Below are positions 38,751-50,700 of a stretch of 64,000 nt of DNA, piece after piece; position 1 is the stretch's first letter; every line of letters starts with the position of its first letter. The notes under the pieces are model-generated. The model did no database searches and had not been told where the DNA came from. It saw only the letters and a list, made by a program, of their open reading frames with translations. Source of the stretch: Gnetum montanum (lineage: Eukaryota > Plantae > Gnetophyta); assembly GCA_015680685.1 (NCBI GenBank), contig MNCI01003076.1:19389-83388 (forward strand). Direction: 5' to 3'. The position numbers were made by a program, and so were the translations under genes.

Positions 38751-40959
38751 TTGTCCAGTTTTGAGTAGTCATGTCATGGTGTTCAATTTTGTGTCATGAA
38801 CATCACAATTTTTGTAATGAGTTGATTTGTACACTCGAGCACTCAATTTTTCAAGTTTGTTTGTTATGTCAAGAGTTAGTCAATAATCCCATACCTTCCC
38901 AATTTTGTAAAGGAACTTGAGGACAAGTTTTCATTCAATCATGGGGATATGATGAGCATCAAAGTGTCACATTGATGGACCCATGTTAATGTGGCCTTGT
39001 CGACGAGACCACGTTGACATAGCGTTTGCTGCTTCTACGAGGCCTTGTCAACGTAGCCCAGCAACAAAAATTATAAATATGAGCTCACAACTATGTTTAT
39101 GGAGTCATGTCATAGTTATAGTAGAGCTCTTGCAATTTTTCCATTTGAGAGTTAAAATATTTTTCTGAGTGCTCGTAGCAGGAGTCAGAAAGTGTACAAA
39201 TCTTTATTCGAGCACTCTTGTACCTGAACCACACTAATGTGACCGACAATAAAGATGAGCCTTTTGACCAAACCTTGCAGCACTTAGAATAGATTAATGA
39301 TTTATTTATGCATTTATTGTTTTCATTAATTATGTAAGTAATTAAGCTAAATTAGACTTTAAGCGATTAGTTAATTAATTAAGCTAAACAAATTAAACAC
39401 ACTGCTTCAAGGATAAACACATATTCACTTCGTAATCACAGCAATGTTATTGTTTGGTGTGCCTAGTAGTGTAGCACTTGGTAATCCCAACAATGGGTAC
39501 ATGGGTTCAAGACGTGTACGAAAAGTGGGACCATATGCTTATGTTAAGACTAGCTAGAGATTAGTTAATTAGTTAAATTAAATTAGTTATTAAATTACTT
39601 CATCTCTCTACTTTAAGCACCAAGGAACATAAAACATAAAAAAATAAAAATCATATGCCTCGATTACGCTTAACCATACCTTTGTGCATCACAAGTGTAA
39701 TTGAGAAGACAACGAATGACCATTAGGGCAAAATTCACTTTCTAGAAGGCTAGTGTACTGAAAGACATAGAGTCCACGAAATTTGACTGGATTGCACATC
39801 AACAGATATACCTTAAGATGTACAATCCTATTAGAACTTTATAACTCAACATTACTCACATGTATGTATGTATTTATTATTGTACTTCCTTTATCCTGTC
39901 CACATGAATTGAACCATGAATTGAACCATAAGATACGTGTACATGAATTGAACCATAAGGTACGTGAAAGAATTTGGATACGATCTTTTATGATAAGCTA
40001 TGTACCTACCACTATAGCCAAAAATATCTACGTGTACATGTATATCAAATTTTGTGGATTCAATGAAGAGTTACAAATCGAAACTTGACCTTGAAGAGAC
40101 TTCTCTAAATCACATCTAACTCAAATCGCAACCACAAACAATGATAATATCATGAATCACTTTACGCTCAGTTGTCATTCTCAGTAGGCTGCGATATCGA
40201 GCGTTGAGCTGGGCCTTTCTAGGCAAGGCAAAAAGAAAAGGAAGGAGGAAATTAAAAGGAAGGCTCCACTTTTAGACATGGGCCCTCCCGCATTCAGTGG
40301 ACTCCAATGAAGGCACGGAAAAGTCGTGAGCTAAGGGACGTAGCGATAACAAACTCCGATGGATTGAAGGCAGGAAGGCATGGGCTGCGTTGCTGTCAAC
40401 TTTTCAGAGGAATCCGAAGGCTTATCTGGAATCAACTAAACATTGCGTTCCAAACAAATACAGTCGACCAGCGCGTGGACGTACGTGTATGCATGTGCTG
40501 AACACCCGTTCCGTTGGCCATACACAGCACAAGCGCATGTGTGTACTTTATTCTGTGTCAGCGTTAACTGTAGTGCTGCAGATTTATTCGCTGCTTGTCC
40601 TAAGGAGCTCGCACTTTGAGCATGCCAATTAATTTGGGTGCCGGTGGGGATACTTGAGATATATCCTTATTTATTTAAATATTCCATATTATGTTATCGT
40701 GGCTCCAATTCTAAGGATGACGCCTCCACATCTCCGTTCTCCGCGTCCGTTTTTACACGTGTCGTAATCTTTTACGACAGACCTTGTTGGTGGTGTGGGC
40801 GGTGCTCGCTGTCCTTGGAAACCCTTGGTGTTGCTTATTAAGTTACAAGTATGGTAATAAATTGTCAAATTTTTATTTAGTTTAGACGTGGGGGTTTAAT
40901 AGATACCAAGTTTTATCAAAGCCTTGTAATGAACTTAATTTTAAAAATTAGAAAATGAA

Positions 40960-41130
40960 GGGTTAGCTTAATGGTAAGAGTTTTGGCTTGGGAAGCCTAA
41001 GTTACAGGTTGGACTCCAGATTTCAGCATTGAATTATAAATTTAAAAAATTTTCATAAAATGAATTTTAAAACTGGTTCAATAGATCCAAAGGGTCTCAG
41101 TAGATGTAAGTGAAAGTTTCAATTTTAGTT
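40960..41130 (+). mobile_element. tRNA-derived SINE-like element
   Basis: GGGTTAGCTTAATGGTAAGAG (A box) ... GGTTGGACTCC (B-box-like); body shared with 6028-6170. Confidence 0.55.
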
Positions 41131-41244
41131 TGAATTTCATAGTATTTATTTATTCTTAGTGATATGAATTTAAGAGATAAATTGCATAATACAAAAATTT
41201 AGATGAAGGTTAAAATGTTAAGATGAATGTTAAATGTTACCATA

Positions 41245-41570
41245 AGAGATAAATTGCATAATACAAAAATTTAGATAGAGACTTAGAGTGGCTTTTATTT
41301 CAGATAAGTTACATGAATGATGACTTGGATGGTTTGGGCATGTGTAAAGAAGATCATACAATAAGCCTATAAAAAAAATGTTGTTATATCATTATTCCAA
41401 GAAATCTACTAAAATGGAGACCAAAAAAGACATGGAATAAATGATTGAAGATGATTTAAAGAAACTACAAACAAACAACTATTTAACTCTTCATGGAAGC
41501 AAATGGTAAAAAGAAACTCATGTGGCCAACCCCATTTTGTTGAGACAAGAATAGCATGATGTTGATGATG
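41245..41570 (+). mobile_element. 5'-truncated RTE-clade LINE 3' end
   Basis: Encodes DKLHE**LGWFGHV*RR...RPKKTW, followed by the RTE-type 3' stem-loop GCCAACCCCATTTTGTTGAGACAAG and a (GAT)n-like tail. Confidence 0.75.
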
Positions 41571-43998
41571 CATTATACTTAAGCTGTGTGTTGGCTATAT
41601 GTCAGGGGTTATACATGGTCATATAGTTCTTGTTCCAATCCCTTCCTTTTCTTTCCATCCCCAAAAGCATGTATTCGCTAATGAGATACATGCACCTCAC
41701 TAATTGAAAATATTATAGCAAGATCTTAAGACATATAAGTACATTTTAAAAACTTAAGAAAAATATAGTAGTTTCAAGTTAGCATATCATTAAAATTGAA
41801 CTTGTAATGTATACATAACAAGCCATGTGCTTTAACAAAGTAAGCAATATCTCCTTGACATATAACAAGATCTTGCACTTTTTTTTTTTATCTTGGCAAT
41901 GTTTCTCATGGGTTGGATGTTATTCATTTTTTTTCATGAGGATGGTAAAGGGAATATTTATTATGAATTATATAAAATATTGTGCCACATCATTGTTTAT
42001 AACATTCATTTTCTAGTTAGGAAGAGGGGGCGGGGGGGCAAGGCAGTGGGGGTAGGGATGTGGAGGGGGTGGTTATCTTAAGGGAGGAAGGGGTGTTGGA
42101 ACCCAAAATAATTGAAACATAGGTACACCCTAGATTTATATTAGCTAATAACTACATAGGTGTATGTAGTTAAATAGTTCTAATTCCCAAATGCATGGTA
42201 GATGAATTTGAATAGTTGTATCATGCATAGCTTGCATATTTTTTATTTGTAAGACTTTTCAAATTATCCTAGATCAGTTGCAATAAATTTCTCAAGCGTT
42301 ATAGAGGGGCTAGTTGAGATGTAGTGGGTAATGTTTAGTTTTAGCAAAAACAGCTAGTTGTAGAGAAATGACAAAAAGAAAAAAAAAATTATAAAGATAT
42401 AACAACTACAATAAAATAACTAGTTGTAGGTAAAAATAAATAATAAAAAAGGAAAAAAAAGCAAAAAAGTAAATAAATAAATAAATATATAATGGTTGAA
42501 GGAAAAATGGCTAGTTGCAGGATAGTAGTACGAATAAAAGGGGAGGGAAAGTAGGGAATATAGGGGTGGTTGTTGATTTAGTGCTTATAGGGGGATAGTG
42601 TTTTTTAGGAAAAGTAAAACCACTATGAATAAAATGTCAAAGTAAGAAAAAATAAAAGTAATTCAAAAGAATTAGTTAAAAATACAAAGGTTGAAAGTGA
42701 AAAAGAATCTAAAAAGATAATGATAAAGTAATCATAATTAAACTCATAACTTCTAACCTATAAGACTATGAGTTTGTAAATAATCATAGAACATATATAC
42801 TATAAACCATTTAAAGAGGAAAAAAAGAAAAAATTTTGTTTAGAGAAAGGATTAAATTAAGTAAGATTTTAAAATAAATTTCTAGATTGCTTAATTTTTG
42901 TTAAAATAAGCCATTGCACTAAGTGAGTAAAATAGCCTTAATCTCAATTAACATTGTTAGAATTTGAATATTTTGAAAAAGAAAAGTAGAAATCAATATG
43001 AAAAATTTCTAAAATTTAACAATCTCTTAATCCTCTTGCTTATAAAATATTTAAACACTTTTTTTCTTTTAGTTATCCAACATCTATTGGTCTACCTCAC
43101 CTTGAACCTCATTAATGCAACAAATGAACAATTTCTATAATGTTGAAATTCCATTTATTTTTACTTAGTTTCTTTGAGCATTGGTAATTTAGTGTTACTT
43201 TTATTTTTGCACTTCAAAATTAAGAGTCCTTATCCTACATTGCTAGAGAGTGCGGCATCATGATCTATCATCCCATCATGGCCTTGTCAGCCTTATCCTC
43301 ACAAGCTACGTAAATTTCTGTTTCATCCTTTGCCTCCATGATCAGGCTACGCTACCTGAAATTGCAAGACACCATACTAAATGCAATTGAAAATTTATTG
43401 CATTTTATTATCGTTATAGTCCTAAACCCTTATGATCAGGTTCTCTCCTTGAAACTGAAACCCCGACAAAATAATCAATTGAACAAAATTTATCAACTTG
43501 TATCGTCCTTGTTGTAAGTATCTGTCACACCAATAGGAACCCAGTAAAGATACCCAATGACATAGACCCCAGCAAGATCCGGGAAGACAACAAGGAAAGA
43601 CAAATGTCTACGGATTTGTCCAGTTGCTTTTCAATGCCGTGATAAAAGGCTAAAGCTACAGCACATCCGTGATTCCATGTCAGAGGAACAAAGGACGAAT
43701 GAACTCTAAATGTGTATCATGTGCGACGGCAGCCTTTGCAGACCGCAACCATACAATGTTGCCTGGAATTCTCTGCCACAAAAACAAATTCTATCAAAAT
43801 CGACAAAAATCCTCATCCTCAGCATGCGATGCGTGTGCCTGGGGCCGGATCACAGAATGATATCATACTGTTCCACTATGTGTACAGAATGGCAACATGA
43901 TGGAGACCTGCGCTGGCCGTGTTTGACTTATGGCCCCAATTGACCAAACCTCCTAATAAAAGGCTTATTAGGCGTTCCATGAAAGGTGACGACATCAA

Positions 43999-44005
43999 TA
44001 TAAAA
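43999..44005 (+). promoter_or_regulatory. Candidate TATA box of the ZIFL gene
   Basis: TATAAAA within a CpG-rich segment ~550 bp upstream of the ATG; CCAAT ~60 bp further upstream. Motif evidence only. Confidence 0.35.
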
Positions 44006-44549
44006 ACCAGGACTGCTTTCCACTTTCCAGCAACCTCGCAGATCGCAGATCATCACTGAAGCAGTAGCAGCAGCTGTGCGAATCGCAACTTCGAAACTCA
44101 CGCCAAAACAACGACCAGTACAACTACTCGTCGCAGCTGCCTAACAAAAACAGAAAATTGCAGGAGTGCAACTTGTGGCACCTTCATTAGCGGCGCCGGC
44201 AGCTACGGTGGCACGCCACCACAGTGTTCGTGGCTGCGTGTGGCGAGCATGTGTTGCCCGGCCGACGTGCACGCGTCAGAAGTTCACAGTTTTTCTCACG
44301 TTCTTCACACAAACGTCGTTGCAGTTGCAGGCCACGTTACAAATAGTAGCAATTTGCAGGTGTTCATGCATTAGTTGTCTCTTCCTGTGAGTCTGTCGCT
44401 TACTGGCTCCACCGGCCCAGACCTGACAAGAGGAGGACAGGTTCTTTTGCTGTCATGAATTCGTCCTTGTCTCTGAAATGAAATGTGCTTGGATGATAGT
44501 AAATAATGGAGGTTGATGCCTTTGCAGCAGGAGGAGGAGCTATTTTCGG

Positions 44550-44739
44550 ATGGATAGCGCAAACGAGGAGAAGTTGGAGCAGCAGCATTGTGCGCCGTTG
44601 CTGCCAAAGCAGCCGTCGCCGCCGGAGGATCATCGCCACCATGGATGCCCTGGCTGCCATGTCGAGCTTTTGAAACGGTCACGAAAAGGATACCCTGTCA
44701 AGGAATTAATCCTTGTCGCCTTGGTTGTTCTCTGTAGCT
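44550..44739 (+). CDS. ZIFL1: ZIFL exon 1
   Basis: MDSANEEK...[33 protein letters not shown]; donor GTAAGT at 44740. Confidence 0.9.
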
Positions 44740-47700
44740 GTAAGTTTCTCACAACGTCGTACCTATATTTTGCATTTTTGTTTTCTTTTCCCTTTTACAT
44801 ACGTTAAGATGACTCTTCATTTGGCATTAATGTCCGCTCAACCCTTGGTCAAGTCTTACAGCAAGCCAATGTCATATTCGCTATGCACTTTGTCTTTAGC
44901 AAATAGGATTATGAATTTTTAAGACGATGCTGACAGAAGCTCTTTGTGTTGTGTTATGCAGCGCTTCCCATATCTTCTCTGTATCCGTACATATATTTCA
45001 TGGTACGTTTCCTAACCTTTGCACGTATATTTTGTTTTTAATTCTTCTTGTCATTTTTTGCCGTGATAACTTTTGTCTTCCATTCTCGTACACCTGCTTA
45101 TACCCTAATGCCTTTCATTTCCGTAGCTTTTTGATTCACATATTCTGATGCAAACATTTAAGCCTGCATTTTTTCTAAATACTGAAAAAACTGGCTAATA
45201 CATTAGGAACTATAGTTGCAGAGAGTTTTGAGTCCGGAACTTAGCAGGAAGATATAAAATCTTTTTCTTGTGTTTTTGAAAAATCGATATATGAGGGGCC
45301 ATTGGATCCATTGGATAGGATTCCTTTCTTCCCAGTCATTGGAAGAACGAGCCATATTCATGTGATGCGTATCCCAAACCCAAGTACTTAACCAATCAAA
45401 ATGAATGTCAGCAGTACCAATCCTCATATCCCCCTATTGGCAATCGGTTGCCAAAAATGCCCCAAATTGTTATGGGTGTTTCTAAATCATTACAGAAACA
45501 ATTCTCATCCAAGTCATGTAGGTGTGAGAGTGCAGAGGATGGGTGGAGAGATCCAAAAAAATTTATAAAGGTTTCAACAATTTAAGCTCACAACAACAAT
45601 CTTAATAATTTCATACAAGCATTGTGAAGGTGGTTAGGCAAGCAAGAAGAGAGAAGTTTGAGAAAATCAGCCCTTCCTTGCCATTATCAAACATAATAGA
45701 GATGGATCATTTTACCTCCTTGCTTTATTTTGCTTACTAGGAGGATTTATCATAATATTGGATTGCTATGCAGCACTTGTTTTTTTTCTCCTTGCTATCT
45801 CCTGTAGTAGCTAGTCTTCTCTCCCTTCCTAGCCACACTCCTTGCTTTTGTATCCCTTTTTTTTGTCCTGCTCAGCTACTTTTTGCCTTGTGTGTTTTTT
45901 TCCTCTCCTCCTCTCTCTATTTGTAGGTGGAATAAGGGATAATGGATGATTTTTTGTAACTGACTTCTTGGGAACTGTTTGTTTTCTTTTCTTTCTTTTT
46001 AAAGTTCTTTTTTTTTTCAGCAATGAGTCATGAGTTCAATTCTCTTCATGATCACTATAAAAAAATCAGTAAAATATGTATATTCACAGGTTGCAAGTTC
46101 AATTCCTAAATCAACAATTTTTGATATTTCAAAATTCAGATTTTGCTAGATCTTAGGTTCAATTCTTCTTGATAATTACAAAACATTCCAGCATAATATC
46201 TATCTCTTTATCATTCAGAATTGTCATAAGATGCAAGGAAAGAGTTTTCAAAATAGATTCATGATAAGGGCAGTTTAGGATACATAATCAAATAAGGCAC
46301 CTTCTTTTTCACATCATCAGCAATGTGAATTTTTTCATCATCTTACGAGCCTTGAAAGGTCATCATGTGACCTTTCTATAGCCATGGAGAGGGTACTTAT
46401 ACTCTACTATTTTAAACTAAAAAGAGCAATGCATCATATTTAAATAAAATAAAATAAAATAAAAAATATATAAAGCTACGGTATTTGCACACAATATCCC
46501 TGATTCATGGGTCAGGTTCCTCCAACTTGATTCATAGGTCAAGTTCCTTAGTATGAGCATTCTTTTGCATCTCAACATACTTGTTTTAGCTCTTAAGGCA
46601 CACCTTAGAGTATTGTCCTCTGTTTTCCTTTTGTTTCTTAGCATCTTTGTTGAAATAGAACAGAAAAGATTTCGTTTTCCCATATATTTATTATTATTAT
46701 TATTTTAGAACATTCACAGCATGTATTTTAAAGCATATTTCTTATGAATAAAGTATTTAAACATTTAATCATAATACATATAAAAATCTGCTCAACAAAT
46801 TTATTACTATTCCAGTTAGCCATTTCCACCACAGTCCAAACAAAGCACACACACAACTTGTCAACAAAACATGCACACAAACACACAGAAAGACTATTAC
46901 AATCGTTAACGCAAAGAACGCAAAGAATTCATTCTATATTTCCATGTGAATTGAGGGAGAGAAATTTCAACAAACACAGTCATTTTTAACCTTAAAGGAC
47001 ATGATTAAATCATTAGTACAATCTCTCACATGTTTAACCATTTGGTGCTCCACATAGTTTTCATCCTCTTTTATTGCACCACTAATCCATTTCAGCATTT
47101 GTCTTTGCCAGTATTACTCCATCCTTATCATTTCTTTGATGTCTTAACACTATGTTTCAATGTATTATTTGACTGCTTGAGCTATAGAGGATTTTTGTTT
47201 ACTGACCTGATTATTCTTTGAATTTTACTACCAAGATTCCTTTTGCATACATTTTTGAACTGAAACTGAAATTTTATTATGTTTGTAAACCCTCCAGATC
47301 TATTGGATGGTAGAAATGTATATATTATGTGTTTTGAAAACATCATAAAGAAAATTACGAAGTGTTCTTGGTAACATTTGAAACAAATCAACCAAATTTA
47401 CAACTATAATATCCCACCTATGTTTAATGTACTCAAATGTAGGACATTGCTGGAAAAAGCGATGATCATTTTCAATGTTATTTGTACCTTACAGACAGAA
47501 TATTTGTTCTTTACAAGGAATTTTGAACTATCGACTTGTTTCAACTCTCAGATGATGAGATTCCATTCATGCTCTACTAATTGCACATCACAAATGATGA
47601 TGAATAACATCAAATAAATAGTTTGCCTTTGAATTAAGCCCTCCTTGATTCTATTTAAATAAAAATGTTTTTTTCTTTTTACATTTTCCCAAAGTTTTTG

Positions 47701-50700
47701 AAATACTTGCTTGTTTCATCAATTTATGAACTTGCTAAGGATCAGAATAAAGAATGTACTCTTGAATATTCCATTTATTAAGTCATAGAACTTCTTCGTG
47801 AAACCATTCTTTATCTTAGATTTTCATCATCACTTTTCTGGAGTATTTATTCAATGAGAACTCAGACAGATTATGAGTGTATGCTATTTAGCGACAAATA
47901 GCTTTGGCTTGTAAGGCCATCATCTTTGGTTCAAGAATCATAATAGTATATTGTGTTTGTCTCTTCACTTTGAATTCATTGAGGATGAAAAGCTTCCAAA
48001 TATTGTCTATTTGTTTGCTAGAGTAGGACCCTAGACAATGCACCCATAAAGAATAGTTGGTTGAACAATGACATGATAGAGTTGTTTTCAGATATTCCAT
48101 TTATAATTGTAGAAGCATTCTTGGCCAAGATATTTGTAAGAGGTGGTTGTGTCCACATGTTCATTTCTTATAGTAAAATTGCATATCTTATTACATATGC
48201 CACAAGTCATAAGTTTAGTTTTTTGGACATTAACTTTCATTCTTGAATGCTGATAAAAGTCATCAAGGGTATTAAGGATTTGTTGTAATCCTTCTATTAA
48301 ATTTGAAATCAAGACTATATAAAACAACGGATATGTTAACTACAGGGGACTAAAACAATGAGGTGTTAGCCTAGTGGGAAGACACTTGATTTGGATGCTC
48401 CAAGTCATGGGTTCAATTCCAATGAGCTATGCTGAGTTAAACCCAATGAGCTATGCTGAGTTATATAAAGTCCTAATTGGACTTATATATCTTACGGTGT
48501 ACCTATGTTTCACTTATTTTGGGTTCCAATAGGGGACTATATTCTTTCTAATTTATAAATCTTTACATGGAGCAACCTTTTTTTCTCCATTTCTTTATCT
48601 AATTGCCTTTAAATTGTTTGTAGATTTTTAATATCAGGCAAAGACAAATTGGAATAGGTTACATTATGTTTGTCTGTCTGAAAGTAAGACCCCTAAAATA
48701 AATGTGATTTGCAAGAGATCTGAGCTGAAATGTAGTAAAATTTGTAGGAAAGTTGCGAGTTTGAATCACAGTTGAGGCATTGTTATGTTCTGTTTAAGTT
48801 CTTTAAGTTCTTTTAAAGCATCTGGTTATGTTCTTTTTAAGTTCTTTTAAAGCATCTCATTATATTCTTCTTAAGTTCTTTTAAAGCATCTCATTATGTT
48901 CTTCTAAAGTTCTTCTAAAGCAGCGTGTTGGCTATAGCAAAATTCAGGAAATGCAATGAAAGATTTTATTCGTAATATTGGAACTGTAACTGTTAAATAC
49001 AGGTCAGGGATCAAAGTATTTTATTTAACTGGCATGACTAGTTAAGCATGCTAGTATTACATTTGTTTGAGTTATGTAACTTCAAATATTTAAAGTCAAT
49101 TTATCATTCATAGATGCAAATGATCAAGACTTGAACATAAAGTCCATGCTTATTTTTTAAAATTTTCTGTTAATTTTACAAAAAGTTTATAAATAATATT
49201 ACTATAATTTAAATTACATTACAGTATAAAGGTCCCTTATAAATGTGCCTTTTTTTCTATTTAATTGCTTGATTTCTTTTCCTTAACTACTAGATGTACA
49301 CTGGTTCAAATGTCTACCTTGGTATCCTGCAATAAGCATCACCTTCAGTATGCCTATTAAAATGGATTTCTCTTCAAGAATTGTAACATGCTTACTATAT
49401 CAAGGGGCATGGATAAGTGAATGATTATGTGAAAATATTTTAATTGAATAACATAGATACACAGGTTAACCATATTGACAGTTGTTCTTTTGATCGTCTT
49501 TTACAGTTTCAATGCATGAAATTTCAAATTATTCATCATATTAAAATGGAAATCCTTTTTGAAAAATTTACAAACAGCACCCGATGTTTCACGTTGGATT
49601 TACACAGAAGTGACATATTATGATTGGAATTAATAGGTGCTCAGCTGCAAAATTTCAATAACTGAAATTTTATTTTATTTTCACATGCATGTGGAAAACA
49701 GGACATAGCCAACCCCATTTTGTTGGGACAGGGCTAGGCTGATGATGATGTGGAAAACAGGATAACAAATTTTGTTTTATAATTATTTTTTTATTTACCC
49801 TTCTGGAAATCAATATTTGCATTTTTCATATTGTAGGTTAGGGATTTCCATATTTGCAAAACTGAAGATATTGGATACTATGCAGGCTATTTGGGTAATG
49901 CTTCTTTATAAAAAATTGTAGTCTTATTTTTATCAAGTTTGAATTAGTTTTAAACATGTTTTATTTTGCTTTGTCTGTTTGGTGAATTTAGTAAATTTGT
50001 ACTTACAGGATCTTCCTTCATGCTTGGACGTTTTTTGACATCTGTTTTTTGGGGAATAGCAGCTGATAAATATGGTCGCAAACCAGTAATGATAATTTGC
50101 ATTTTTGCTACGTCAGTGACCATGCCACTTCTTATGTTACTTACCTATGTTTTTCATAAAGATATTGTTATCATTTTTTGCTAGTTCTCTCATATTCTTT
50201 TTATTTGCTTTTTAAATGTTTGACATGCAGAGTTATATTTAACAGTTTCTTTGGCCTAAGCAAAAATTTTTGGATGGCCATGGTAACAAGATTTTTTCTG
50301 GGTCTTTTCAATGGGCTTCTTGGCCCCGTTAGGGTAAGTTTTTCTGGTATTTTCCATAAACATGTTTAATGTCATTGAGATGTAATGCCTACTAAAAGAA
50401 TTGTGAGAATTATCCACGGGAAGAATATTTGCAACGGTATTAATTATAACATGAATGTTATAAATTGACATTGTTTAATAAGATATGATGACTAGGATAA
50501 AAGTTTGTCATTATTTTGCATTTTTTTGACGAGGTCATATGTTATGTTGCAGGCATATGCATCAGAAATATGTCGTGAGGAGCATCAAGCTTTTGGGTTA
50601 TCAATTGTAAATTCATGGAAAAAACTCTAGATCATGATAAGCGCTTTGTTATTCAGTTAGCAGATATGTCCAACAACATCTAATGAGAGGAAACTACCGC

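Larger units (their letters stand above)
27584..39801 (+). mobile_element. Near full-length degenerate Athila-like Ty3/gypsy retrotransposon with env-like ORF
   Basis: 5' LTR 27584-28543 and 3' LTR 38950-39801, clearly homologous. PBS TTGGCGCCATTGCTGGG at 28544; PPT TCATGGGGATA before 38950. Domain order gag-PR-RT-INT-extra ORF. The TSD is only an imperfect match (ACAAG/ACAGA). Confidence 0.9.

Noticed and set aside
40960-41030. Possible tRNA gene (also 48362-48425)
   Set aside because: A and B boxes are present, but the acceptor stem and cloverleaf are not intact and each continues into a repeat body, so these are SINE heads.
44166-44682. GC-rich ORFs 44166-44390 (+), 44371-44682 (-) and 44400-44660 (-)
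   Set aside because: No recognisable motifs; expected by chance in the GC-rich leader and first exon of ZIFL.
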